A DNA stretch of 64,000 nt from a virus (lineage: Duplodnaviria; Heunggongvirae; Uroviricota; Caudoviricetes): IMG/VR virus record IMGVR_UViG_3300032093_008018, positions 18,559 through 82,558 of that record. One strand, 5' to 3'. This document shows positions 20,127 through 30,038 of the stretch, piece after piece (the first letter of the stretch is position 1; the number at the start of each line of letters is the position of its first letter). Under the pieces are notes generated by a model, which made no database searches, was not told the DNA's origin, and was given only the letters and a program-made list of their open reading frames with translations. A program made the position numbers and the translations under genes.

Positions 20127-21912
20127 CGTTTATCTTTTACAACCACAATATACAGCAGTAATCAACGGACAAGCCAATCATTGGATACCTTATAGTGTTG
20201 GAACCATTTGGTGTTATGCTATTCAATATCCAGAAATTGCAGAAAATTTTACGCTGGCTGGTTTGATTTTTAAAAGAGAAAAAATAGAAGATGCCATATC
20301 TAAAATTGAAAATCCGTCATTATGTGGGTTTAGTTGTTATATGTGGAATCGCCTTTATTGTTTAGAATTTGCAAAACAAATTAAAGAAAAATGGCCTTCG
20401 TGTGTTATTGTTTTTGGGGGGCCGGAAGTTAATTCTGGGTTTTTAGAATACGATTTTATTGATTCAATAGTCCAGGCCGAAGGCGAAGAAACATTTGTTG
20501 AAATATTAAGAAGAATAAAAAATCAACAACCTATCGAAAAATTCATGCCAAAAAAACGCATGAAGGATTTATCAGTTATTCCAAGTCCATACACAACAGG
20601 AATATTTGATAAAATCATAGAAGAAAATCCGAATGCAGTTTGGGCTATGACATTAGAAACCAATCGGGGTTGTCCATATTCCTGCACATTTTGCGATTGG
20701 GGCAGTCTTACTTACAGTAAAGTTGCTAAATTTGAACTTGAAAAAATTTATAGCGAAATAGAGTGGATACGAGATCGACCAATTTCTTATGTATATCTCG
20801 CAGATGCAAACTTTGGAATATTCAAAGAAAGAGATTTAGAGATTGCTAAAAAATTAAGAGAAGTAACAGATAGTAACCCAAAAGTAGAAGTAATGAGTAT
20901 TATTACTGCAAAAAATAGTACGGAAAATATTTTTATGATTGGGCAGGTTTTGGGACCAAAATATTTAGGAGTTTCTATTGCATTGCAAAGTTTCAATGAA
21001 GATACTTTAGATGCCATAAAACGTAAAAATTTACCTACAAACAATTTAGAAGAATTGTTAGAAATGAGTACAAAATATAATGTTCCCACTTATACAGAAT
21101 TAATTCTGGGAATGCCTAATGAAACTTTAAAGAGCTGGAAAGAGGGATTTACTCGAGTAATTGAATTAGGACAACACAATGTAGTTGAAATGTATTGGAC
21201 TCAACTGTTGACAAATAGCGAACTTGCTTCTGCTACCAGCAGACTGATGCATGGAATAAAAGCAGTTAAGTGTCATGATTATATCGACATGCATAGCGAA
21301 ACGAACGACGGCATTTCAGAAACTATAGAAATAATTTGCGAAACTAAAACGATGTCCAGAGAAGAAATGGTCGATGGATATATGTACGGATGGATGATAA
21401 CAAAATTTCACTTTACTGGATACTCTCAAATTATTTCAAGATATTTAAGAGTTAATAATGATATTTCATATCAACAGTTTTATGATGATTTTTATGAATT
21501 TTTAAAAACTGATCCGTTAACAAAACAAGAATATGATAAAATGAAAAATCTTGTTCGACAGTTTTTAACTTTTGGAAAAATAGATGACGGACCGGGACAC
21601 ATATTACACAAACGAAGTAATGAATGGTTATACGATCATCGTCACGAATTGATAAGAAAAGTTATTGATTTTTCAAAAAAGTTTAATAATATACCACAAT
21701 GGGTGATTGATCTTCAATCAACTTTTATATTCGATATTGAGCATACATATCCTATTAGAATACAAGGCAGTTGCGATATAGTTAATAAGAAAAAAGAAAA
21801 TGTATTTTACGAGGTTGTTCCAAAAATTAAAGATATTAAAGGTTTAAGTTTAGTTTCTATGAGACGTAGAGGTTCTTTAAAAAATTTATTAATTGTTAAT
21901 TCTTATGAATAA
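20119..21912 (+). CDS. B12-binding (class B) radical SAM enzyme
   Basis: 'TNRGCPYSCTFC' CxxxCxxC after a ~185-aa N-terminal domain ('VIVFGGPEV'). Paralogous to 11559, 26879 and 28482 ORFs. Confidence 0.75.
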   Translation: MFNVYLLQPQYTAVINGQANHWIPYSVGTIWCYAIQYPEIAENFTLAGLIFKREKIEDAISKIENPSLCGFSCYMWNRLYCLEFAKQIKEKWPSCVIVFGGPEVNSGFLEYDFIDSIVQAEGEETFVEILRRIKNQQPIEKFMPKKRMKDLSVIPSPYTTGIFDKIIEENPNAVWAMTLETNRGCPYSCTFCDWGSLTYSKVAKFELEKIYSEIEWIRDRPISYVYLADANFGIFKERDLEIAKKLREVTDSNPKVEVMSIITAKNSTENIFMIGQVLGPKYLGVSIALQSFNEDTLDAIKRKNLPTNNLEELLEMSTKYNVPTYTELILGMPNETLKSWKEGFTRVIELGQHNVVEMYWTQLLTNSELASATSRLMHGIKAVKCHDYIDMHSETNDGISETIEIICETKTMSREEMVDGYMYGWMITKFHFTGYSQIISRYLRVNNDISYQQFYDDFYEFLKTDPLTKQEYDKMKNLVRQFLTFGKIDDGPGHILHKRSNEWLYDHRHELIRKVIDFSKKFNNIPQWVIDLQSTFIFDIEHTYPIRIQGSCDIVNKKKENVFYEVVPKIKDIKGLSLVSMRRRGSLKNLLIVNSYE

Positions 21913-22150
21913 TCTTCAAGAAGAAATTTATAACATAATTGCAATGACAAACGAAATGGATACTCCGGCTGATATTATGTATAGCATTAGCAAATTTATA
22001 AAAAACATTGACCATGTAGATTATAAAGATTATTTAGAAAGTGATGAATTTAAACAATGGTTAGATAATAACGAAGAATTTATTAAATCTTGGAAAAATA
22101 TTAATACCTTTGTGTTAATGATGATAGAAAAAGAAAAAGACTATCTATAA
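21893..22150 (+). CDS. Hypothetical small acidic protein
   Basis: 85-aa ORF packed between its neighbours. Confidence 0.35.
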   Translation: MLILMNNLQEEIYNIIAMTNEMDTPADIMYSISKFIKNIDHVDYKDYLESDEFKQWLDNNEEFIKSWKNINTFVLMMIEKEKDYL

Positions 22151-22716
22151 ACTTTATTATAAATTTCTTTTAATGCATCTTCTGGCCATTTAATATAGTC
22201 CGTAAACGCTCTTTCAACAAGTAAACCCATATCTAGTGTCTTGCTATCTCCTAGCAAGAAATTAACAAGCTCTTCACGTCTAGGATTCAATATAGGTTTA
22301 TAGAAGTCCATATGTATGGGCTGTTCGCTATAATCGCTAGAACTATAAAATGCATATGCATGTAGTTGTCCATTCTTATCTGAGTAGAAGTACTTGGGAT
22401 AAAAGCTAGGTTTATATATTTGTTCTTTATGCAAATCAGATACTATTTGCTCTAACTGTTCTTTATAATCCTTCGGTAACCAATCCTCACAGGTATTACC
22501 ATACCATTCAAAACATATTTGTCTGAATGGTTTTAATAGATGTATGTTCTGCGGTGCCCAAGAATACCTTGACAATCTTTCAAGATATCTACATTCTCTA
22601 GTATATACTTCATTAACTAGGTCATCGGGATATCTATCACCCTCCGGATTAAATTCCATTACTGCAAGATTATCTACAATGTCTAGTGAAAATATGCCGT
22701 GATCAATAGCTGTCAA
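22141..22716 (-). CDS. Hypothetical protein, paralog of 23515..24219 (possible kinase-like fold)
   Basis: 'KPSFYPKYFYSDKNGQLHAYAFY' aligns with 'HKYSMHPSSYFVVNGQLKSINYFF' of 23515 ORF. Confidence 0.4.
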   Translation of the reverse strand: MTAIDHGIFSLDIVDNLAVMEFNPEGDRYPDDLVNEVYTRECRYLERLSRYSWAPQNIHLLKPFRQICFEWYGNTCEDWLPKDYKEQLEQIVSDLHKEQIYKPSFYPKYFYSDKNGQLHAYAFYSSSDYSEQPIHMDFYKPILNPRREELVNFLLGDSKTLDMGLLVERAFTDYIKWPEDALKEIYNKVYR

Positions 22717-23506
22717 GGTGATCTACTCCTAGTTGTTTACGAAATGCTTCTGTAAATTTGCCGTCAATGCGTAGGCTATAGCTCTGTTCCATAATACGTT
22801 CTCCGCCATGCCAATCTACGTCATTCCACCAGGCGGCTCTAGTATTAAGATATGTTTTATTTTTTGTTTCTGGATCCCATAAGTACATGGCTTTTTTTGT
22901 ATTTGGTCGAACATGTATAAACTCGTTGCAATGTGGCTTAACAACATCGATACCATTCTTAGCATCTAAGTCTCTGTGTTCAAACGGAATGCCATCGGCT
23001 TCACAATGGAAGAATATAACACGGCCAATGTCTTTGAACACTGTGCCTACTAGGCTTTCAACCCACTTAACTACGTTAGGAAAATGTTCTGCTTCTGGAG
23101 TTAGTTTGCGTGGTGCTGTTCGATCATCCCATGAGCCTTCTTCCCACAAGTAATAGTAAATGTAAGGATCGTAGGCACCCATTGCCATTTTCAAATAACG
23201 AGTAAACTTATTACGCTGTTGGAAGTTTTTAAAATCTGTAGGCATTAGTTTTATGCCGGTTTGATATATAGGATCATCTTTAGGCAACTCCATAAATTCA
23301 TCCATGGCTTGATATATTGGTTTCCAGCTTAGTTTATAACTCATATTATCAAAATTAAAACCGGGCTTCATCCAAGTGCCTTCTTTAGCATTTTCTCGTG
23401 CTAGAGCAAAACCAGTTAAAATTTCAGGTTGTAGTTGCTCAAACTTGGCCATATCCAAATATGGTTCCATGTTAAAGTAGGGTTGTTCGTTTATACCTTT
23501 GATCAT
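22703..23506 (-). CDS. Cupin-like protein of the 'W..WHGG' family
   Basis: 'FHCEADGIPFEHRD' and C-terminal 'WWNDVDWHGGERIM' parallel the 6403 and 6945 ORFs. Confidence 0.4.
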   Translation of the reverse strand: MIKGINEQPYFNMEPYLDMAKFEQLQPEILTGFALARENAKEGTWMKPGFNFDNMSYKLSWKPIYQAMDEFMELPKDDPIYQTGIKLMPTDFKNFQQRNKFTRYLKMAMGAYDPYIYYYLWEEGSWDDRTAPRKLTPEAEHFPNVVKWVESLVGTVFKDIGRVIFFHCEADGIPFEHRDLDAKNGIDVVKPHCNEFIHVRPNTKKAMYLWDPETKNKTYLNTRAAWWNDVDWHGGERIMEQSYSLRIDGKFTEAFRKQLGVDHLDSY

Positions 23507-23514
23507 TATTTTTC

Positions 23515-24219
23515 TTGATAATTAAATGTATGGATTATGAATATTATTACAACAATGTTCCTGGAGTTGGTTTAACAAGGAACAACCTTATTTACACCAG
23601 CTTGATCAGTCGTGATAAAAAAACTTTTGTCCAATGGTATCATAATGATAGTGAATATCATAAAGGGAATAATGAAGTTGTTGATTCGAATCTGATGAAT
23701 GCTAAGTGGAATCGTGAAGTAAAATATCTTATAGAAATGGCCCGGAAGTATGAAGATAAAGTTCCAAAAATATTAGAAATAAATCATAAAGAACAAAAAA
23801 TTTATTTGTCTATAGATGGTTTAGACTTTTGGAATCGTGCAGGATGTGTTACTGAAAATTATGATAAAGTATTACCAGATTGGAAAGATCAGATGTGTAA
23901 AATTATCACAGCCCACAAAAGTTTAGGATTACACAAATATAGTATGCATCCCAGCAGTTATTTTGTTGTTAACGGTCAGCTTAAAAGCATTAATTATTTT
24001 TTTACATATCATGAAGAAGAACCTAATATTAGCATTAAAGATGTTGAAAGTCACATCCACTCTAATAGACAAGCAGAAATGCGTAAGCATTTAAAAACAC
24101 TGAACATCGAATGGCATACACCGCAACCTTGGAAAATAATGGACCAATTATGTTGGGAGAGTTTTAGAACAAACTATCCTCAAGATTTTATAGAAAGTGT
24201 AAAAGAATGTATAAAATAG
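23515..24219 (+). CDS. Hypothetical protein, paralog of 22141..22716
   Basis: Shared motif with 22141 ORF. Divergently arranged. Confidence 0.4.
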   Translation: MIIKCMDYEYYYNNVPGVGLTRNNLIYTSLISRDKKTFVQWYHNDSEYHKGNNEVVDSNLMNAKWNREVKYLIEMARKYEDKVPKILEINHKEQKIYLSIDGLDFWNRAGCVTENYDKVLPDWKDQMCKIITAHKSLGLHKYSMHPSSYFVVNGQLKSINYFFTYHEEEPNISIKDVESHIHSNRQAEMRKHLKTLNIEWHTPQPWKIMDQLCWESFRTNYPQDFIESVKECIK

Positions 24220-24752
24220 TTCCATGGTCGGAAGATTTAGATCTTACTGAATTTTATGCCGAGGCAAAATCTAGAGGTTTCGTAAATAACTCAAGTCAAG
24301 CAGCAATGATCGATTGTTTTAAAAATGAAGTACGTTGGAACATCTGGATATTATATTATAATGACCACCCTGTTGGATCTGTGGCGGCACATACTTTAGA
24401 CGATCTTGGATATAGGATTTGTGCTAGAACATGTGTATTAACCAATCACTTACCTAAAATAACTTTAAGAACAATTAATCAAATTAAAAATCATCAACAT
24501 ATTACTGCACAGTTTTTTATGCCCACTTGTATTGAATGGGTAGGCAATCATGATATGTATATTACTAGTCACGAAAGCGAAGTTGGCACACAAAGATTAG
24601 TTCATACAATATGGGGGCCCACATTAGAATCTACAGGAGTGCTGACCAGAGCGTTTGATCATAATTATAGAGGTCATAAACAAACGTTCTGGAAACTTAA
24701 TAAAAATATATTTTTAGATCAATTATCAAAGGTAGATAGATGGACACAATAA
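24207..24752 (+). CDS. Hypothetical protein
   Basis: 181-aa ORF. No motif recognised. Confidence 0.4.
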   Translation: MYKIVPWSEDLDLTEFYAEAKSRGFVNNSSQAAMIDCFKNEVRWNIWILYYNDHPVGSVAAHTLDDLGYRICARTCVLTNHLPKITLRTINQIKNHQHITAQFFMPTCIEWVGNHDMYITSHESEVGTQRLVHTIWGPTLESTGVLTRAFDHNYRGHKQTFWKLNKNIFLDQLSKVDRWTQ

Positions 24753-25819
24753 GTTTATGCGAACATTGTTATAGACACGTTTCTGCTAAAAAGTTTATAC
24801 GAGATGGTAGCGTGTGGATGAGTAAAGAGTGTCCGGAGCACGGTTATAGTGAATATATGATAGAACGCGATTCAGACTTTTATAAGAGTTTAGAATTTGA
24901 TCCGTACGGATACGATGTGCCCAGTGGTATTATGATTGAAGTTACAGATCGCTGTAATTTAAAATGCCCGCACTGTTATCATGAACCAGAAAATGCAACA
25001 ACAGACAAACCCTTAGGATTAATACTTCAACAAATTGAAAGTTGGCCTGAAGATGCTGGTAGCGTTATCCTTGCAGGTGCTGAACCTACACTACGTAAAG
25101 ACTTACCTGAACTAATTAGAAACATCAGACATGTACAAACTCGCCTAGGCAGAACACACCAGGATATTACAATTTTAACTAATGGTGTTAAGCTCGCTGA
25201 TAAGCAGTGGACTGAAGAAATAGCCAAGGCTGGATGTCGTGCTGTGATGGTAGGACTTAACCATCATTCGTACCAAGGTGATACTGTACATCAAAAACAG
25301 TTACAAGGTATTGAGAATTGTAAGGCTGCTGGCATTGTTGTTTACTACGTAGGTTATACATTAGAAAACTTAAATCACATTCCAGAAGTACTAGAAGAAA
25401 TACAAAAACTAGGAAATAATGCCTTACAGTATCGTGTACGTGCTGGCAGCGACATTGGTCGCAACCCGGATGAACCTCGTTATTATCTTAGTGACCATGT
25501 AAAAGCAATTAAGGACTATGTAGACAGCAAAGGATGGACATGGGAAAAGATACCTGCAGATGATAATCTGTATCATTATATGGTTAAGATTAACGGTATC
25601 ACACATAGATTAATACAATGGAGCGATCCTAAAACCATTGATATGGAAGAGCTACGATGTGGTCCGTGGTGTGACTTTGTACCTAATAAACCTATTAGTA
25701 ATTTTCTACATCAAATCATGCTACGTGACGCGGCTGTAAACAAGAATATGATATTATATGACACCGTTCCGGAACGTTATAGATTTCGTAGCAGAGAGGA
25801 TATGAGGATAGATCCCTAA
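24740..25819 (+). CDS. Radical SAM enzyme with N-terminal Cys/His zinc-ribbon-like segment
   Basis: 'TDRCNLKCPHC' CxxxCxxC. N-terminal 'CEHCYRH...ECPEHG'. Confidence 0.75.
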   Translation: MDTISLCEHCYRHVSAKKFIRDGSVWMSKECPEHGYSEYMIERDSDFYKSLEFDPYGYDVPSGIMIEVTDRCNLKCPHCYHEPENATTDKPLGLILQQIESWPEDAGSVILAGAEPTLRKDLPELIRNIRHVQTRLGRTHQDITILTNGVKLADKQWTEEIAKAGCRAVMVGLNHHSYQGDTVHQKQLQGIENCKAAGIVVYYVGYTLENLNHIPEVLEEIQKLGNNALQYRVRAGSDIGRNPDEPRYYLSDHVKAIKDYVDSKGWTWEKIPADDNLYHYMVKINGITHRLIQWSDPKTIDMEELRCGPWCDFVPNKPISNFLHQIMLRDAAVNKNMILYDTVPERYRFRSREDMRIDP

Positions 25820-26169
25820 GCCTGTCTTTCTACAAAGTTTAATTTGATGCTGGTTGGATTAAAAAATTCTTTAACAGTAGCAATAACTATTTCTGCTTTA
25901 AATTCTTTACAGCTAAACAAATCAATATAAGCATCAGCAGTCTTGTTTACAAAATGACAATTTATATTACTTGTAGTAATCATTTGTAATACACTATATC
26001 CTTCATTGTCTGTTCCTGGTAATAAATTTTCAATGATCATTTTTCCGTGCGCTTCCATTTCAACACGTTTTATTAATGTATATACAAATGCCCATATGTG
26101 ATCTTTATCTTTAATTTTTTTTAAATCACAACCGGCACAATCTAACATAATATGATAACCCCAAGACAT
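25816..26169 (-). CDS. S-adenosylmethionine decarboxylase (SpeH/class 1b) fold protein, divergent
   Basis: 'GYHIMLDCAGCD' matches 'HxxxDxYGCD'. 'ITTSNINCHF...YIDLFSCK' aligns with 'SESHISIHTWPE...AIDLFTCG' but has TSN in place of ESH. Confidence 0.45.
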   Translation of the reverse strand: MSWGYHIMLDCAGCDLKKIKDKDHIWAFVYTLIKRVEMEAHGKMIIENLLPGTDNEGYSVLQMITTSNINCHFVNKTADAYIDLFSCKEFKAEIVIATVKEFFNPTSIKLNFVERQA

Positions 26170-26855
26170 TATAACTCCTCAAGAATTAATCTAGCCAAAT
26201 TATTATGTGCTTCTTGATCGTAATGATAAAATGGTAATTTTTTATACATTTTGAATTCACACCAATTTACATAATTCTCACAACTTTCAAAATTAAAAAC
26301 ATTATCTACCTTTGGTATAATTTCTGGAAACAACGGTAAATGTAAAAAATCAGTAGCCCATCCTGTACATAAATTATCTACTATAAACATTAATTCATTT
26401 AAATTATTATAAGGACGAAGCATTTCATTAACAAACAGATCGTTAATTGGATGAATCATGGTTCCATCAACCTTACCTTTCCATTGCATACCAACTTGTA
26501 TGAATTTATCTTTATCTCTACCTAAGAAATTGCCAACGTCTGGATAGTAAAATTCTGTTCTATCTGTACATGTATACCCAAACAATACTAAACTATTTGG
26601 ATGTTCTTGTAATGCGTTGACTAATAATCTTAGACTACGAGCATTACTTCCGCCAGTCATTGCATAATTATAACAAGGAATATTTAATTTATCAGCAACC
26701 ACTTGAGGAAAGGCTAATTTTTTTCCAGAATCATCTGCTTGTTCTATTGTTATTTTACCTCTGGTATAATCTTCAAAAGTATATTGATTTGATAATTCAC
26801 ATCCAGCAACATGACTATCTCCAAATGCTAGAACTGAATTAAATTTTTTTACCAT
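26169..26855 (-). CDS. Putative SGNH/GDSL-like hydrolase
   Basis: N-terminal 'VLAFGDSHVAG'. Weak evidence. Confidence 0.35.
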   Translation of the reverse strand: MVKKFNSVLAFGDSHVAGCELSNQYTFEDYTRGKITIEQADDSGKKLAFPQVVADKLNIPCYNYAMTGGSNARSLRLLVNALQEHPNSLVLFGYTCTDRTEFYYPDVGNFLGRDKDKFIQVGMQWKGKVDGTMIHPINDLFVNEMLRPYNNLNELMFIVDNLCTGWATDFLHLPLFPEIIPKVDNVFNFESCENYVNWCEFKMYKKLPFYHYDQEAHNNLARLILEEL

Positions 26856-26878
26856 AGATATCTCACTTAAATAACTAG

Positions 26879-28489
26879 ATGTTTAATGTCATACTATTTA
26901 CCGATGCTCCCTATCCTCATCATAAAATTAGAGGTTATGGTGTGCATAGAATTGCTAGTCAAATTAGAACAAATGGTTACTCTTGTCTTGTCATTGATTT
27001 TAGTTCGGCACTAACATTTGATAGATATAAAGAAATTATTGATAATTCAGTGGGACCAGAAACTCTTATGGTTGGTTTTAGTACAACTTGGTTACCTTAT
27101 AGATGGCCGGAAAAACCAGGAGAATTTACCAATCAGATTCCCGGACACCATATTGGGGAACAACATGAATTAAGTCATTTAAAGTCAGAGATGCACGATT
27201 GGAGAAAAGATAATTTAGTGGTTAAATTTGGAAAGAATGAAGTTGAAGAATGGTTGTTATATCCTAAAACAATTAATTCAAAATTAAAAATTGTATTAGG
27301 TGGTGCAAAAGCAGATTTTTATATGGATCTAAAAAATATAGATCATGTTATTTTTGGAATTGCCGAAACTGAAACTATTGATTTATTAGATCGACTATCG
27401 GGAAAAACAAAACGCATATTTGGAAAATATATCGATCACGATAGAAAAGCTCATGCTCCTACATGGGATTTTAGAGAAAGTAGCACACAATACACAGAAT
27501 ATGATTTTATACAACCTCAAGAAACTCTTAACTTAGAAGTAGGTCGCGGATGTAGATTTAAATGTTCGTTCTGCAACTTTCCTCTTATTGGTCAAAAAAA
27601 TGTCAATGATTATTTAAAATATCCAACTATTATTCGTGACGAGTTGTTAAAAAATTACGAACTTTGGGGTACTACTAAGTATTTTATTGTGGATGATACA
27701 TTTAATGACAGCACTGAAAAATTAGAAATGTTGGCCAAGGTAATGAGCGACTTGCCTTTTAAAATTAAATTTTGGTGTTATACCCGAGTTGATCTATTAG
27801 CCGCACATCCCGAACAGATGGAACTGTTAAAAGAAATAGGCATAGCAGAAACATTTTTTGGTCTTGAAACTTTTAATGACAAGAGCTCAAAAACTATTGG
27901 TAAGGGAATGCCATCAAGTCGCCGTAAGGATACTTTATATAGAGCAAAAGAAGTGTGGGGTGATCGAGTATGGTTAGAAGGGGGTTTTATGATTGGCCTT
28001 CCTCACGAAACCCAGGCTAGTTGGAGAGAAACCGTTGATTGGTTAAAGCGTAGAGATTGTCCGCTAGATATTTCGACAGTATATCCTCTCAATATAATTA
28101 AAAAAACCGATAGAAATAAATGGTTCCCTACTAGTTGGTTTGACGAAAACTACGAAAAGTTTGGATATCAATTTCCTAAGGACGGAGTAGACGGAATGTT
28201 ATATTGGGAGAAAGATGATACCGATATTAAAAATTTTTATCAAGCACAAGAAATAGCCGACATTACCACTAAAGAATTAGCATCATATCAAAGAATACGT
28301 CAGGGAGATTTTTATGTTAGTTCTTTCAATCATCCAATACTTGGAAATAGAGAGTTTACTATCGATATGCCAAAGATAGAATATAATAATTTAATAAATT
28401 CTATAGACTTTAATCAACTGTTTTATGATCATACCAATAAAGAATATTTTCAACCGTTGTTAAACTATCTTAAAAATAAAAATGTTTGA
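26879..28489 (+). CDS. B12-binding (class B) radical SAM enzyme, tandem duplicate 1
   Basis: 'VGRGCRFKCSFC'. N-terminus near-identical in pattern to 28482 ORF ('MFNVILFTDAPY...GYGVHRIASQIR'). Confidence 0.8.
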   Translation: MFNVILFTDAPYPHHKIRGYGVHRIASQIRTNGYSCLVIDFSSALTFDRYKEIIDNSVGPETLMVGFSTTWLPYRWPEKPGEFTNQIPGHHIGEQHELSHLKSEMHDWRKDNLVVKFGKNEVEEWLLYPKTINSKLKIVLGGAKADFYMDLKNIDHVIFGIAETETIDLLDRLSGKTKRIFGKYIDHDRKAHAPTWDFRESSTQYTEYDFIQPQETLNLEVGRGCRFKCSFCNFPLIGQKNVNDYLKYPTIIRDELLKNYELWGTTKYFIVDDTFNDSTEKLEMLAKVMSDLPFKIKFWCYTRVDLLAAHPEQMELLKEIGIAETFFGLETFNDKSSKTIGKGMPSSRRKDTLYRAKEVWGDRVWLEGGFMIGLPHETQASWRETVDWLKRRDCPLDISTVYPLNIIKKTDRNKWFPTSWFDENYEKFGYQFPKDGVDGMLYWEKDDTDIKNFYQAQEIADITTKELASYQRIRQGDFYVSSFNHPILGNREFTIDMPKIEYNNLINSIDFNQLFYDHTNKEYFQPLLNYLKNKNV

Positions 28490-30038
28490 TGTTATTCTTT
28501 TTACTGACACTGTAGAATTTAATATTAAATCTAGAGGTTATGGTGTACACAGATTAGCCAGTCATATACGCAATTATGGTTATAGCTGTTTAGTAATTAA
28601 TTTTAGCTCTCTTGTTACTTGGGAAATATACACTGAAATATTAGATAAAGCAATTGGACCAAACACATTACTAGTTGGCTATAGTACAACATGGATGCCT
28701 TTTAAGTTTCCTGATATTGGTGTTAGAACCAGTAATCCGGGAGAAGGAACAGGAACAGATAAAGAACGATTTGAGATTCCAAGTTTAGTTACTGAGTTTG
28801 CTCGAGATAATTATAAACCCTGGATCGATTATGTCAAACAATGTAATTTAAAAACAAAAACAATGTTGGGTGGTGCAAGGATTGATTTTTATCTTAATGC
28901 TCCTACAGATTATGTTATAGTCGGATTAGGAGAAACTGAAACTATTGATTTGTTAGATTCTCTGTCGGGAAAAACAAAAAGGATATTTAATAGAATTATA
29001 GATCATGATCGTAAGGCGCACAATCCAACATGGGATTTTAAATTAAGTACTACTTCATATACGTCCTGGGATTTAATACAACCTCAAGAAACTTTAAATT
29101 TAGAAGTCAGCAGAGGTTGTAAATTTAAATGTGCCTATTGCTCGTATCCTTTGATAGGACAGAAAACAGTCAACTATCTTAAACAAGCTGATGTTATACG
29201 TAGAGAACTCTTAGAAAATTATGAACAATGGGGAACAACAAAATATTTTATTGTTGATGATACGTTTAATGATAGTACAGAAAAGATGCAGATGTTTGCA
29301 GATGTTAGTCAGAGTTTGCCTTTTGAATTAAAATTTTGGTGTTATCTAAGAGCAGATTTATTAGCGGCACACCCAGAGCAAATACAATTACTAAAAGATG
29401 CCGGTATAGCAGAAACTTACTTTGGTCTAGAAACATTTAATCCAAAAACTGCAAAGTTTATTGGTAAGGGGATGGCTAGTGAAAGATTAATAGATACTAT
29501 CTATCAGTGTAAAGAAATTTGGGGAGATCGAAGTTACATTGCTTCGGGGATTATTATAGGTTTACCTTACGAAAGTACAGATACAATTTATAAGGCTGTT
29601 GAATTTTTTAAAAGAAAAGATTGCCCAATAGATTTAGCTAACACATTTCCTTTAAGTATTATTGGTAATCACAATATTATGAAATACATGTATATGAGTG
29701 AAATTGATCGCAATTATTCAAAGTATGGTTATTATTTTCCTAATCCCGATATAAATTTCTTTAGTTGGAGAAAAGATGATGATACTGATATAAACAGCTA
29801 CGAACAGGCCGAATTACTTTCGCAAGAATTAAATTCTACATTGAAGAATAAGCCGTATCGAGGAGATTTTTATATTAGTAGTTTTAATGATAGTAGACTA
29901 AGCAATAGAGAAAAAAATTTAGATTTAACAGATAAAGAATATCAAAATTTAATTAAGTCTATTAATTTTACAGAAATGTTTAAAGAAACAATAATAAGAG
30001 ATTATTTTAAACCTCTTATCCTAAAGTTATCCAACTAG
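28482..30038 (+). CDS. B12-binding (class B) radical SAM enzyme, tandem duplicate 2
   Basis: 'VSRGCKFKCAYC'. N-terminus 'MFDVILFTDTVE...GYGVHRLASHIR'. 8-nt overlap with copy 1. Confidence 0.8.
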   Translation: MFDVILFTDTVEFNIKSRGYGVHRLASHIRNYGYSCLVINFSSLVTWEIYTEILDKAIGPNTLLVGYSTTWMPFKFPDIGVRTSNPGEGTGTDKERFEIPSLVTEFARDNYKPWIDYVKQCNLKTKTMLGGARIDFYLNAPTDYVIVGLGETETIDLLDSLSGKTKRIFNRIIDHDRKAHNPTWDFKLSTTSYTSWDLIQPQETLNLEVSRGCKFKCAYCSYPLIGQKTVNYLKQADVIRRELLENYEQWGTTKYFIVDDTFNDSTEKMQMFADVSQSLPFELKFWCYLRADLLAAHPEQIQLLKDAGIAETYFGLETFNPKTAKFIGKGMASERLIDTIYQCKEIWGDRSYIASGIIIGLPYESTDTIYKAVEFFKRKDCPIDLANTFPLSIIGNHNIMKYMYMSEIDRNYSKYGYYFPNPDINFFSWRKDDDTDINSYEQAELLSQELNSTLKNKPYRGDFYISSFNDSRLSNREKNLDLTDKEYQNLIKSINFTEMFKETIIRDYFKPLILKLSN

